A stretch of 64,000 bases of DNA from Octopus vulgaris. Taxonomy: Eukaryota. Below, piece by piece: positions 38,477 through 52,414 of the stretch (positions are counted from its first letter, which is position 1; each line of letters begins with the position of its first letter). The stretch spans positions 146,692,001 through 146,756,000 of the forward strand of contig OX597815.1 of the NCBI GenBank assembly GCA_951406725.2, given 5' to 3'. The translations under genes and the position numbers were made by a program. Below the pieces are notes generated by a model. The model ran no database searches. It was not told the DNA's origin and saw nothing but the letters and a program-made list of their open reading frames with translations.

Positions 38477-40660
38477 TACATGTATATATTTATAAATATA
38501 AAATATAATACACATATGTATTTATATATATATGTATGCATGTATGCATGCGTGTGCGTGTGCATGTATGTGTGTGTGCGTATGTGGGTGGGTGTGTGTA
38601 ATTAAAAATGTCCATTGAGCATTCCTAGTAGATTTTGTTTTGCCTGCAGTTGAACTCCTTTCTGATTCTCAAAGATTATAGTGAGGTACACGTGCATTCG
38701 CATAAAATATATTCAATTGCATTCTTTTAGTTGTTTCATTCATTTGACTTCGGCCATGCTGGAGTATGAATATCACAATAATATAACTTTGTGTAAGCGA
38801 ATATAAATCTATATTTACATGCATTTCTCAAAGTGATAAATAAAAATTATTCTGTCCGCTATTCGTAGCTAAATTTTTAATGAGTCTCTCTGGAGATTTC
38901 ACTTTACGTTGTAGGCCTAACTCCATATCTATTCATATTTCATATCTTTCCAACATGGTATATTCATTGTGCAGTGTTGTGTATATATTTTTGGTTTTTT
39001 AGAAGTTTCATTCCTCTCGTATTTTGAAACATCATCCTAATAAATGATAAAAACAAAAAACATACGTTCTCATGTGTATGAATATACAAGGCAGAGAATT
39101 TTACCGCTATAAGCAAAAACATTTTTAATTAATATTTTCACAGAGTTGGTTCTAAATTGTTCTTGTCCTAACTATTTATTTATCTATGTGCAAACCTATG
39201 TACGCAGCCAGTTAGGTAGGTAGGACCACAAATCTATATAGCTATTCATGAAAAATATTTATGCTGAAAGCATTAGATTATGTACTTTAAATATTCATAC
39301 ACAACCTTCATACTAGTTTAATCTAGTCATATTTATCAATGAATCTATTTACTTTCAAGGGATTATTTCGGCGTAGACATGGCCAGTTGATTAACTACTT
39401 CCCTTCCTAGACATGAGATGCTGTCTTCGATCCTAATGCGTGGAATTTTGGACAGTTGTTTCCTATCCCAAATCTCAAAATATCGATGAAAGGTTAACCT
39501 GGGTAAAATTGTTTTGACAGAATGTGTGCCGACGTCTGTTTAATGATGAGCAGAATTTTCACTTGCCATCACACATTTAGGAAAATGGTAACGGTATAGA
39601 CTTTCAGCATAATTTTAAGCCATTCAAAATCTAATACAATAAACAATATATGGACAGACCAGTTGTGAACTCTACTGTAATACTCACTTCCCTTATATTT
39701 AAATGAATTTACTATATTTGTTCTCCTTTATATTTCCTGAAATGTTTCATATAAAATGCATTCTATGAGTTTTAAGACATTTTTCAAGAAAGATATTTAT
39801 TACTTTCACATAAATACAACACTCTAATATCCTTTAAATTGGATCCTCTGCAGTTCATCCGCTTCCAGGCGGTATCATGGAAGTCCTCGAAAATCAAAGT
39901 GTGCAGGACATTTGTTACAGCCTCCTTTAACTTGTCCTTCAGCTTAGAGAACATCCAAATGATACAGAAGCAAGCCCTGCACAGATGGGAGGGTGGTAGA
40001 CAGTTCTGATGATTCATCTCAGTCAAATATTTGGTTACCAGGATGGAATTGAGGACTGGTGTATTTCCTGGTGCAGTTGCGCTTGGCTCATTCGACGAAA
40101 TCTCTTCCTTAACTCCCCCTCAAAACCTCCACAAAGTAAAATTTATCGACTGTCTGGCCAGAGGGGATCCTGTAGACACAGCTAACGTCTCAATTGTTGA
40201 AAAAGCGATAGTCATGCGCTCTCCGGTGGACTTGATTTGCTTAGTCTCGTTGTACCAGCGAAAAACAGATACTCGGCTTCATGCTCAGTTTGTAGCGTTT
40301 TTGCCCAGTTTATTGCACAACGAGTTACTAAATCGGCTTCACATGCTGAATGCATTCTGCAAAAATTGCAGCTGAGACAGTGTTTCGTAGAGTGTGTTCA
40401 AAGTACTGTTACAGCGTCTCCCTCAATCTAGAATTACAAAAGTTGGCAGGCCAGCTTATTAATAACGATATACTAAAATTACAATAATCTACGACAATTA
40501 TAACTGCTTCTCCTAAAAGTGTCTTAAATCTGGAACGCTCCACGAAACAAAAATGTCAGACTTTGAAACAATAACTATTCTGTCTGCGTTAAAACATGAA
40601 ACTCTTGTTATTAAAGGCTTGTACTTTATATTTCCTGTTCGGACAGTCAAGATTTGATGG
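37900..40660 (-). pseudogene. PKD-repeat-like exon remnants (about 37900-38215, 38760-39030, 39520-39690, 40470-40660)
   Basis: AGDRESV...AACRNHISE; LHNEYTMLERYEI; EVSITVEFTTGLSIYC; YKVQAFNNKS (compare H.Y...G.Y.V.V.A.N.VS). Confidence 0.5.
39784..40430 (-). mobile_element. Decayed mariner transposase fragment
   Basis: NTPVLNSILVTKYLTEM...PPSHL...WMFSKLKDKLKEAV...EDFHD. Confidence 0.72.
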
Positions 40661-41094
40661 CTATATAAATAATAAATGGAAAAACAATGCTTCCAACTTT
40701 ATATGGTATGTACTGTATTTTATGACACACAGAAAAAAATTGAAAAAGGTGATAGAGGAAAAGCAACATTTAATATTAATGTTTTGATCGAAAGCAGATT
40801 TGAATATTAGTAACCAAGTATTTAGTTTTGCTAAGAATAATATTCTTTAGAATAATATTAAGAGGATATTCGTTACTGATACATTTGCAAAAACCAAATA
40901 TTCCATATCTTCATTTCTACTACACACATATGTTATACACCGGTGCGCGCACTACACACATACAAATAACCAAACACACAGACACTAGTATGGATGTGCA
41001 TGTGTATGTACTTGTCTCTATATTTGTGTATATGTTGAGTTATCTACTAAACACTCACCATTATTCTCATTACTGGTAGCAACGGTGTGAAAGC

Positions 41095-41510
41095 AGGGAG
41101 ATGGCAGAACCGTTAGCAAACCGAGCAAAACAATTGACGGCCTACTGTTCATCTTTATTTCCCTAGTTCAAATTTCGCCGTAGTTAATTTCTATTGTTAT
41201 CCCTTTCGCCGTCGATAAAATATTACCAGTTGAACTCTGGGATCGATGTATTCGACTTAACCCTTCACCCGAGATTTTCTGGCTTCGTGCCAAAATTTGA
41301 AATCATTATTATTAAAGCAGGGAACTAGCAGAATCCTGAGAGCATTGGAAAAAATGCTGTGCAGTATTTCTCCTGGGTACCAATTGAAACCCACCGAAAT
41401 TTAAATATGCTACTCATTTATTTGCGATTGATAAAAATAAGCACCAGTCAAATACGGGTGTCGATGCTATTCAGTAATCTTCTCCACTTAAGAATAACTG
41501 TACTTGTGCA
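41095..41510 (+). mobile_element. Two tandem SINE family B copies
   Basis: aaagcagggagatggcagaaccgttagc and aaagcaggggaactagcagaatc heads, each followed by gataaaat...ccagt...gtcgatg. Confidence 0.75.
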
Positions 41511-42265
41511 TACATTAAAAAGGGTTATCATCATTATCAACACCACCGCCACCACTACCACTATATGCACAATTACTACTACTGCTTCTACCACTGTGAT
41601 ATTACTGTCTATTGATAAGTATCTACAAATATGCATAAAATATGTCTATATTTTATAGACATATTGTCTATGTCGATATCTAATACAGCTATATGTACGT
41701 ATTCTACATCTCTCTGAGTGTGCGTGTGCACACGTTGGTCTTCTAGTGCTTATTAAATACACAAATACACACAGATAAACAAGCAGACACATTAACACAC
41801 ACAGAAATAGATATCAGACATACACATATGTTCATGTATACAATATGTACATATATCTGTATTGGATATGGACGTAGACAATATGTCTATAAAATATAGT
41901 AATATTTTATGCTTATTTGTTGGCAGATATCAATAGGCAGTAATATAAATCTGTACTATTAGTAGCAACAACAAACGCAGTAGCAGTAGTAATGTTGACG
42001 ATGAAGAGGATTTTGTTAATAATTATAAAAATAGACACAACACCAACATCAACAACACCACAAGCAATTAGAATAATGCTTTGAACAAAAGTCAATTATT
42101 TTGAGGGGAGGGTCACGTCTTGTTACCTGACAATTACGTCTTGTTATTTGACAATTACTCTATATTATCAAGCCCGAAAGGATAAATGGGAAAGTTGAAC
42201 TCGACGAAATTTGGAAGCATACAGTAAAATTCTGAAACAGGTTCAAACGATACTGTCAATTCGCT

Positions 42266-42295
42266 TATGATAATAATAACAACAACAACAACAAC

Positions 42296-42384
<89 letters not shown>

Positions 42385-42409
42385 TAATAATAATAATAAT
42401 AATAATAAT

Positions 42410-42474
<65 letters not shown>

Positions 42475-43103
42475 GAATATTAAATGATAATAATAATAAT
42501 AAATGCTGATGCAATACCAAGCAGTGGCTCTCATGGCTTCTGATCTTAACTGATTGGAAGTGTTATCATGTACATTGTTTTGTCTTGGTATAAAAGATGG
42601 GCTACAGCAAATATTCTGTTCAATAGCACAGATTTGCTTGTCAGTTGTTTGACCTTAATCAGTTGAGCATGTCCCTTGGTGGCTGACGATATGTGCATCT
42701 CTGATCACGAGCAGAAGTAGTGGGGGAGCATCATAGCCATGTGTTGAGAGGGATTCTTTGGAGTTTGAATAATTCACCTCTGGAAACATGGGTGGTTCTT
42801 TCAAAATCCTTAAACAACCCTTATTCAGGGACCTTTTGAGCGGGATGGGCTACTCAACCTGAAGAAAATTCTAACTGGGCCCCACCTGCAAGGTCATGTG
42901 CTTTTTATCTTGATATGAGATCACCATGTCACACACATATGGTTCTGATGCATGTGCCTAGTGTACCCATATCAGACGGGTAGTCATGATGGGTATTCTG
43001 GGCTTCGTATATTTTACCCCAGTGTCACTTTTATGACATGCACTGCTCTCTCACTCAATAATGATAATAATAATATTAATAATAATAATAAATGATGATG
43101 ATG

Positions 43104-43168
<65 letters not shown>
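42266..43168. repeat. (TAA)n array split by a 550-bp insertion
   Basis: (TAA)n at 42266-42500 and 43057-43168. Confidence 0.95.
42510..43057. mobile_element. Non-coding interspersed element inserted in (TAA)n
   Basis: Complex sequence with higher GC than its flanks, no ORF, sharply bounded by TAA repeats on both sides. Confidence 0.6.
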
Positions 43169-43367
43169 TTTGGCACAAGTCCAGCAAGTTCTGATGAGGG
43201 GTTAAGTCAATTACATTGACCACCAGTGTTTAACTTGCTTTATCGACCTCGAAAGGATGAGTGTCAAAGTCGACCCCGGTGGAAATTGAACTCAGAATAC
43301 GAAGACAGAGGAAATGCCTCTAAGTACTTTTTCCGGTGTGCTAACGATTCTGCCTGCTCGCCGCCTT
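43168..43367 (-). mobile_element. SINE family B, near full length
   Basis: aaggcggcgagcaggcagaatcgttagcacaccgg...ttctgagttcaatttcc...cttgtgccaaaa then (TTA)n. Confidence 0.85.
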
Positions 43368-43629
43368 CACTGTTTTGCTAATAATAAACACCTGACAATA
43401 AACAACTATAAAAACAAGCTAATGAAAACAGCCCCAAACGTCAAAGGTGGCTTATGCAATCAGGACAATGAGATAGTTGAACACATCATCTGACTGCACG
43501 GTATTTGCTAAATCAGAATATACATACTGACATACAGCCAGACACACACGCACGCACGCACACACACATATACACCCCCCACAATACACATACACTGAAA
43601 CCACTACACTGGACAAAGACACAGAAATC

Positions 43630-44486
43630 ACACTCACCATACAAATATCTAGGAATAGATGAAATAGCTAAAGTGCAACACACAGAAATGAAAGAGAAAA
43701 TGAGTATTATAAAAGAGCTAGACTAATATTAAACACTGAAGTCAATGCTAAAAATTTAAGGTGAAGTACTTGCGCAGACTGCGACTGATCCTTAAGTCGA
43801 AATTAAAGGGACGAAATAAGATTGAAGCAACACCTGGGCAGTTTCACTCCTTAGATATCAAGCAGGGTAATCGCACGGACAGTAGATGAACTAAACAGCT
43901 TAGACAGAAAGACATGGAAGTACTGGACTAGATATGGGATTCTCCACCCAAAAATTCACAAAGACAGACTGTATGTACACCCACAAAAAAAAAAAAAATC
44001 AGAAGAGAACAACATAGTATGATACGTAAAAAATGCTACAGAACTTCTATTACTGAACTTAAGTAGGTTAGCCTTGTGTAAGATGGAAGATTGCAAAGAT
44101 AAGACCTCAACAAGTACTTGATAATGAATGAAACTGGATATAGTTGGAAAAAGAAAAGAATGCATGGACAATTTCATAGGGATGTTGAAGATAAGACAGA
44201 CAGAGGGGAAAATGACTATGGATGAGTAAAAGTGATTTAAAACCGGAAACTGTGCTGCTGAAGAGCAAGCATTAAGAACCAGTTACATAAGATACAGAAT
44301 AGACAACAGAATGTGATCAGTGCAGAATTTGTGGAGAAAAAGGTGAAACCGTATGGCATATTACCAGTCAATGTACGCCACTAGCCCAGAAAGAATATAA
44401 AAGACGTCATGACAATATAGCAATGATTGTCCATTGGAAACTTTGCTGCAAATATGGACTTGGCAGAGCAAAAATGTGGTACGAAG
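43630..44486 (+). mobile_element. R4/Dong-like LINE fragment (RT C-terminus to CCHC)
   Basis: YKYLGIDE; YLRRLRLILKSKL; ELNSLDRKT; MHGQFHRD; CRICGEKGETVWHITSQCTPLAQKEYKRRHDNIAMIVHWKLCCKYG. Confidence 0.87.
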
Positions 44487-44861
44487 AGGGCAGAGAGGAA
44501 AATGTTTTATAATGCATGAATTGTGGTTAGAGAGAGTGTACAACAAATGTAATAAAACTTCATAAATGCACAAATTAAATATAAGTATTTTAAAACACAA
44601 AATAATCCTTAAAAAAGGATATAAATTAATTGACATGAAAACCATTTATATTAGCCCCAGTCAACAGGGATGAGAGCACACTTACGAAGTTGAGGTACAG
44701 AACGACGTGACTCGTTCCTTTCACCTTTCATCATCTTTGGTTTTGAAATAAAATATTTCTCTTGTTTCTTACTTTTTTTCTTGCATTTTATCCTGATCTG
44801 TATGTCTCACGACCTTTCCTCTCTTATTCCATAGCTAGGCTCAGCCGCGAGGAATTTCAAC

Positions 44862-46610
44862 CGTGTTTCGTGGTCTGCTACCACTCAGCTCCTTTATAGG
44901 ATCCAGTTAGCTCAAGTCATCATCAGGAGGAAGCACGTCCGGTTTCGGCACCTACTCCTCTACTGTATTGACGTGGCACCCCCTCTTTCAGAGGTGTCTT
45001 CAGCTCTGGTGTTGGGTGCATGTCTTCTTTCTCCTTCTTTCTCTGTTCCCTAATGATATTGTTTTCCTGTTGGCATGTTATGACATTCAAGCCATTTTTG
45101 ATCTTCACGCTTCAGCCATATATAGAAGCTGGCTTTTTCGACCGCCTCCTGTACTCTACTTATTAGTTTACGCAGCTCGGTGCTAGAAAAAAACAAATCT
45201 TCTTTTAAATAATGTTGTCATTTTCCTTTCAATGAAGCCCTTAGCCTCCACTGCCAGGTGCTAATATTCGACAGTCCATCCCTGTTCTCTGCACTCTTCG
45301 ATTAGTTTTTCGTACCTCTTCTCCTTTGGTTTCTCTGCATTGCCGATGTTTTCTTCCCATGACACTGTCAGTTCTAGCAAAATTCCTATTCTCCGTTCTC
45401 TGTCCCATAGGACTAAATCTGGTCTTTTTGTCGTTTTTATTAGTGGAAATATTATTTGTCTTTCCAAATCCGTGGCCACCTCTCAGTATCCCTTCCATCT
45501 TTCGTCTATCTCGTATATTTTACTGGTTTTATATCCTTTTCCCTCCTTCTGGAAGTATACTTTCCTGCGCTTTTCTACTTTTGGGTACTCTCCCCTATTG
45601 TACCTCTCGATCTTCTCCTTAAGTGCTGCGCTTATGGTGCCGAGGAATTGATTATGACGCCATGTATATCAGTTTGGCAGAACATGTCTAACCGTTGCCT
45701 TCTCTCCGCATCTACACTCATCGGTTGTTTTTATATTCCACCGGACTAAGTTCACGGGTGAGGGAAGAACGTCGAAGGTAGACTTCATCAGGAAGGATGT
45801 TCTTTCTTGTTCCCAAGCCCAAATTTCCTTCCATAATATTCTGCGGCTGATCACATATTCCTCCCATCTCAGGCACTGTCCCTGTTGAATACATTGCACC
45901 AAATGTACATTTCGCCTTTGTTCTTCCTCCTTTCTCACTTCGTTTACCACTGCCTCCTTCATCTCTTTTATAATGCTCTTGCAAAATGGCCTGAAATTGT
46001 GCGATCCTAGGCCGGCTCTTGCTTCATGCGTCGCTCCGACTATATCGGCGTGCCTTAGTTTTCCGATCGCTCTGTTTACTACCTCTTCCGCCTTCCATTT
46101 CCTCCCTGTTCGTACATTTGGAGGGTTTTCCTGGATGCTGTGATTTTTTTAATACCTTAGCATCATTACTGTTCTTGCCTTTCCTACCTTATATACTTGC
46201 GATTGATGTTGTTGGTAGTTGCAGCACGTGTTTTCCATATAGTGCAGTTGTATTCAGTGGTTTCGGCAGACCAAGCCATTTTCTGATAAACACACTGCAT
46301 CTTTGTTCCAACCTTTCTACTCTATTCGAGGCTATTTCGTACATTTGCAATGGGTACAGTCCAAATTGCAGTATCCAACATTTTAGTTTTCCTGGCAGCG
46401 TTCTGTCAATTGCCTTCAATCCTTGTTTTACTAACTCGTGTCTTTATTTCCCTTGCTTCTTATCATTTAATAAATCGCTATACCATCAGCCAAGACTCTT
46501 TACTGGTTGTTCTTTCACAGTTGGTATGTCTTCACCTCCTAAACCTCTGTGTTATTCACCGGGCAATTTTTCAAGTAAGCCTATTCTGATCCCGCCACAT
46601 TACATGTCAC
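44862..46610 (-). mobile_element. HERO-like REL non-LTR retrotransposon, 5'-truncated copy 2
   Basis: LPGKLKCWILQFGLYP...FIRKWLGLPKPLNTTALYG; SFLMKSTFDVLPSPVNLVRW; RPDLVLWDRERRIGILLELTVSWEEN; closely similar to copy 1. Confidence 0.9.
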
Positions 46611-46759
46611 TTCTCATCGATTCACTCACCCATAATGCGATGCAAAAGTTAACAAGATGTCGCAATATCAACGACATGGCAGATGAACCTGATCTTCAAC
46701 CTTGTAATTCTTTAATCTAACGAGTGATTTGTAATTGCACGTGTTTCGTCTTGCCTCAT

Positions 46760-46990
46760 AATTTCTACTTCATTTCTTACTCTGTCCTCAAATGCAAGTG
46801 GACACTTTATGGAATGCTGTATGAAGACAATATTCTTATACACGTCGGTCGAATTCTACTCTTTTAATTGACAATTGATAGCTAACATGGAAATAGGTGA
46901 CTTGCCTCTCCTTGCTATTTCCTAGACATACTTATCAAGCAAAATGTACTCTTTCGGTTCACCTATCTCTCAAGAGCTCCTTATTATCCA
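46760..46990 (+). mobile_element. Possible Penelope-type RT remnant
   Basis: W..Y.DD-like (tggaatgctgtatgaagacaatatt) followed by MEI...FLDILIK. Confidence 0.35.
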
Positions 46991-47106
46991 CTACTTTATA
47001 CATATAGGGCATTTCTTTTCCATGGGTAACAAAAACAAGTGTACCCTTTTAAAATGCTTTTGTTTACAATTTCTCTTGGAGCATGAAGAAACCCATGAAA
47101 ATGTTG

Positions 47107-47301
47107 CTCTTCTTCTTCTTCTTCTTCTTCTTCTTCTTCTTCTTCTTCTTCTTCTTCTTCTTCTTCTTCTTCTTCTTCTTCTTCTTCTTCTTCTTCTTCT
47201 TCTTTTCTTTTTCTTCTTCTTCTTTTCTTTTTCTTCTTCTCCTTCATCTTCGTTGTCGTCGTCGTCGTAGTAGTAGTAGTAGTAGTAGTAATAGTAGTAG
47301 T
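47107..47301. repeat. (CTT)n/(GTC)n/(TAG)n microsatellite
   Basis: Direct reading; source of the poly-R/E/F/L ORFs. Confidence 0.97.
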
Positions 47302-47522
47302 TTCTAACAACGGCGTTCACGTTTGTGTGTTAGTGTAAATAATTTTCAGGAAATTATAGTTTTTTCGTCTGTACATTTACACATGTGTATGCATGTTACA
47401 ACGTTCGCTTTCTTTTTTCTTAGGAGAATTCTCCTGATCTTTCCCATATTTAATATTTTTTTCCGTTTTTTGAGGTTGTTGATGTCATACTTTTTGAGTT
47501 TGCAAGGAAGATAGTGATATCA

Positions 47523-47936
47523 GGCGCAGGAGTGGCTGTGTGGTAAGTAGCTTGTTTACCAGCCACATGGTTCCGGGTTCAATCCCACTGCGTGGCACCT
47601 TGGGCAAGTGTCTTCTACTATTGCCTCGGGCCGACCAAAGCCTTGTGAGTGGATTTGGTAGATGGAAACTGAAAGAAGCCCGTCGTATATATGTATATAT
47701 ATATATATGCGTGTGTGTGTTTGTGTGTCTGTGTTTGTCCCCCTAGCATTGCTTGACAACCAATACTGGCGTGTTTATGTCCCCGTTACTTAGCGGTTCG
47801 GCAAAAGAGACCAATAGAATAAGTACTAGACCTACAAAAGAATAAGTCCCGGGGTCGAGTTGCTCGATTAAAGGCGGTGCTCCAGCATGGCCGCAGTCAA
47901 ATGACTGAAACAAGTAAAAGAGTAAAGAGTAAAGAG
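47523..47936 (+). mobile_element. SINE family A, best-preserved copy
   Basis: A-box tggctgtgtggtaag, B-box ggttcaatccc, CORE-like ggcaccttgggcaagt, tail gtaaaagagtaaagagtaaagag. Confidence 0.92.
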
Positions 47937-48029
47937 ATATACACTACACATTATATAATATGAGAGAGAGAATGAGGGAGCGAGAGAGAGAAAGTGATCG
48001 AGAGAGAGAAAGTGAGAATGAGAGAAAGT

Positions 48030-48094
<65 letters not shown>

Positions 48095-48559
48095 TTAAGA
48101 CCAGAAACTTTAACACAACCCTCGTTAGGGAGAACGTGTTTCCGAGTTTTTCAGTACAGTGCCTTAGTAATATAATAGGAAAAGAAATAATTTTTTTTTA
48201 CAGGAACGTGATTTTTATTCAAACATTTTGGAGCTCGTAAAAACAATCACCTTACCAGAGCAAGAAACATCATTCTATCATCATTATCCTCAGCAGCAAG
48301 AACAACAACGACTGCAGCAACATTAACAATAGCAACAACCCAAACGACAATAGTAACATGAAAAATGGTAACAATAATAATACTAATACTACTAATAATA
48401 GCATAATCAGATTTATGTGCTGTCGCTGATAAACAATTTTAACACACAAACCAACTTTAATAACATAAATTCCTCAAAATACAAAAGAAATGATTTCTAT
48501 ATACAGATTTGATAGGAAGAAACTCTAAATTAAGTCAATACGGAAAGCTTATGAATGAC

Positions 48560-51500
48560 ATTATTTCTGTTATAAGATTCGGGGAGTGATTTGCCTATAC
48601 AAAGCATTCGCTTTTATTAATGGACAATATAAAGCGACAACAGTCTTCTGTCCGGAAGACATTTCTGTCTAAACAGCAATGCATCATTTTCTCTTAATTA
48701 GTTCGGCTTTCTTGAATTATATTGTCGGTTATCTCTTAACAATAATAAGTGCATGCTGCTTCTTTATTGTAGCTTTGATGGTATTTGTGGTGAACTAGGT
48801 CTTCAAACGAAATAGTATCTATTTTAGAATTATGTCTTTTGAACTTCGAGGATTGTCATTTGATATAAAGCATGAAAACATCCACTTTAATGGAGTCAAA
48901 AATGGATAAAGACAACATTATGAATCTGCCATACAATAAAAAGATTGAAGTATAGTAGTTTTATTAACTGAACATTATGATGTATATGTTTCGCTATCGT
49001 AGGTATTTAAAAACACTAGAAACAGTGTATTTAAAGGAAAAACCGTATCGTTTCTTTGCATTAAGCATCCTTGAAAGGAAGCCTTTCTTACAAGAATTTG
49101 CCATCGTAAGGTATCTAATTGATAAATAATGAAACACTGTGGTTTGTTTAGAAAACTATATTTTCGCCCTGAAACGCCTTTTTTCAACAAAACAGCACTG
49201 TCGATTTCCTATTGAAAAGAAAAGCAGACTTTGAATGTTACGAGCTGAAGCAAGATTGAACGAAAATAAGATCACTTACACGTTACCCATGTAAATCAAC
49301 TAGCCTGGAGAAAAGAGAATTAATTTGAATGTAATTTCCATGAATTTGTATGCAAGCTTTAGTATAAACCAAAAACACCTTTATCGGTTCCTATTACACT
49401 TCGTAGCAGCAGAAGGTTTTATATCTACAATTCCAAGTGCATTATGTATGAGACATAGGTGTTTCCCAAACAATCAAATCACCAGTTTTCAGTTTCTACG
49501 TATTTTAAGGGATAATCCGGCTCTCAATCTGTGCAACATCACGCCGAGCTTTGTTAAATATACATTACATAGATTTGGTGCTAAGAAGCTGTTTCAGATT
49601 ATGCTAAGTTATAATATATTTGATGATTGGTTCTACTTTAGAACATCATACGCTTGTTTATCTGACTGGTTCAGTTGCTTAAATATGCTGAATAGCAAAT
49701 CTAAAATTGTATGAGGCAGAATCTATGCCACTAGGTTTTCAAACATTTTAGTTTACAAATTACGCTCAATATTAAAGATTAATTAAACATGATTAAATAA
49801 TCATATTCAGCATTAATTAAGCTTCTAAATATTAGCGAATTTCTAACCAATTAATTTCAACCAGTTCTTTATTATTGCAATGCCAATGGTCATGAACTAG
49901 AACGCATGACAAGAATTTGTAAATCGAGTGTCTCATGTATCGTTATAAGACTATGTCTGCGTTACACATTTATTGATTTAAATTATAGTTTTTTTTCCAC
50001 TGTTATATGGGAAATGATCTTTGGTTTATAAACGGTCATTGTCGTGTACATAATGTTTTCTATCTAAACGTCAAACTTGAAAATAATTGGAAGCAATATG
50101 AAAGACGGTGGAGTGGGAATTCCGCTCGCTCTAATGCATCATAAACTATAAAACTACAATAATTCACTGAGAGCAATTTGTTTCCCTTCACTGTAAAGTA
50201 TGCTAAGATAGTATAAACCTACACTCTAATTATTAAACATAAATAACAATAAAAAGCACGCGAAATAACGTAGCCTCAAATGAAATATTTTTATTATGAA
50301 GTTTTTGTCAATGGAGACAGCGAGTCGCCTCTGTTTTTCAGTTGATTTACCAAATATTGAAGCAATAGCACACATATTAAAAATAAAAAAAAAACGATAA
50401 ATGAATAAAAAATAAACCAAATAGAAAAACGTAGAGTAATAGGAAAATAAAGAAAAAAATTGAAGCCCATTTCATGATTTGCTTAGCAATGTAGATCAAT
50501 AAAAGTTCTGAAACTGAAATATTTAATACTAATTATGTAAAAAATAGTTTAAATAAGTTTAAATGTGAAATATGCATGTCAGGAAAATTTGATCTCATAA
50601 AAAGCAGATGAATAAAACTAAAAACTAAAACTAAAAATTAAATTACAAAAAGATCTGACGAAGAGAAACAGACACCGAAGCGCAGATTTTTTTTCTCTCA
50701 TATTTGCTATTTTCCTCTCTTGTTGATTTTGATTCTGCTTTTGTTTTTGTTGTTGCTTATCACATGTGAAGCATATATCCAGTGCCAAGGGCTCTGTCAA
50801 TCCCAAGTATAATCGTATAATTTGCTTCAGTATCTGCTGCTACTGATACTATATAAGAACGCTATTTAATGAAACAGACATTTATCTATATGTGCACTGG
50901 AATAAACGTAGAAACACGCCCCAAACACCTACGCACATACACAAACACACACATGCGCGCACACACACCAAAGTATACATGGACACATCGTAAATCACAT
51001 TCTCACATATTCCTATTCAAACATACATTCATATTTATTCTCGTGTACGTGTAATATTATGCATATAGGCTAGTATATGCCATTCATGCATAATTAAGCG
51101 ATGCTATTCGTATTAGTAGTTATGTGCAGCTGTTTAAACAAACACACGTCCAGCGCAAATACACATATATTAGAGATTTCAGTATAAATAATAACCAACT
51201 TAGAGAATTTATCACCAGGGAACATCGAAAGCTTCTGATCGTTTGTAACGTTTATAGTTTCTCGTGGACTGCAACACCCTTCTTCCCAAATGTAAAGAGT
51301 ACGATTATTTCACTGACGTGTAAATAAGGGTTTATGTATGCAATACATCACTGTTGTTTTTTAAAAAAATGTTTAACAATAATTCAACGTTTGAATAACT
51401 ATGAGAGACGACACTATCACATGAAAAATATTGAGCATAAACAACTGATTTTCAGAATAGATACGAATTATGCACTAATTGACGGTACATACAGATCTAA

Positions 51501-52358
51501 CACGCATGTTGAGATGGTTACATGAATATAGAGGATAGTGTAATACTTAGTTCTCTCTGTGATATACAATGGCAGTAAGCAGAAATGTAAATCCGATGAG
51601 TGTCAAGTTGGTAGACCGAGGAAATTAGTGTCCCCGTAATTCAATATTTGTAACGTATTATTTAATAATTCAGTTCAGACCGAACCAAATAACTTCTCAC
51701 AAGTGACACATGATAGATTGTATAAGAGATTATATAATTAGTAGAAATTTGCATAATCCTATAATATCGATTGACTTATCTATACGAGTAAATACGAGGT
51801 CGTGTTGAATGTAGTTTGCGTTGTATTAGATTACGTAATTTCATTTGTATAAATATATATAGGAGATCTTGCTATTATAAATTAATATTTGATATAATAC
51901 ATGTACAATACATTTTGCTTATATTTAACATATAACGCAAATCAGTGGCAAAATGAGAAAGACAAAAGTTTAGAAATCATTTCAGTTCTCTCAAAATACA
52001 ATACTCTTTCCTACGAGTGTCGCAAACATCAACTATACAGATTTATAATATCAGTTGTGTCTTATTGAAATACAAATCATAAAACTAATATTTCGCGGCC
52101 GTTATTTAGAGGGAGACTTTGCTTGGCACATAAGTATAAAAATAATTCTTGCAAGGAGTATCTAGTTTCACTTTACTTAGTGACAACATATAGGATTCCC
52201 ATCGCATGTTCAGATTGCATACCCTCAAGAAAACTGGAAACCAATTATACAACTGATTCCTTAGAAAATTCGTGTACTTCGTTCATCTATATTATATACT
52301 TATTTAGTATGATACTGTCTGTGTTTTTACCACATCTTAAATAGAGAAGCATTAATTG

Positions 52359-52414
<56 letters not shown>

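Noticed and set aside
46019-46720. Longest ORF in the track (233 aa, plus strand)
   Set aside because: Antisense to the HERO-like ORF; no independent motif.
47523-47600. tRNA gene candidates (also heads near 59770-59840 and 2105-2172)
   Set aside because: A/B boxes are present, but there is no proper acceptor stem and they continue into SINE bodies or tails.
49325-49714. 129-aa plus-strand ORF (also 12338-12526, 27657-27953, 31818-32060, 57603-57818)
   Set aside because: Each coincides with a minus-strand pseudo-exon; treated as antisense shadow ORFs.
50648-50695. CTGACGA...GAAG hammerhead-like string (also 55355-55392 and 61710-61755 on the minus strand)
   Set aside because: Stem II cannot be formed or core bases are missing; at best very decayed relics.
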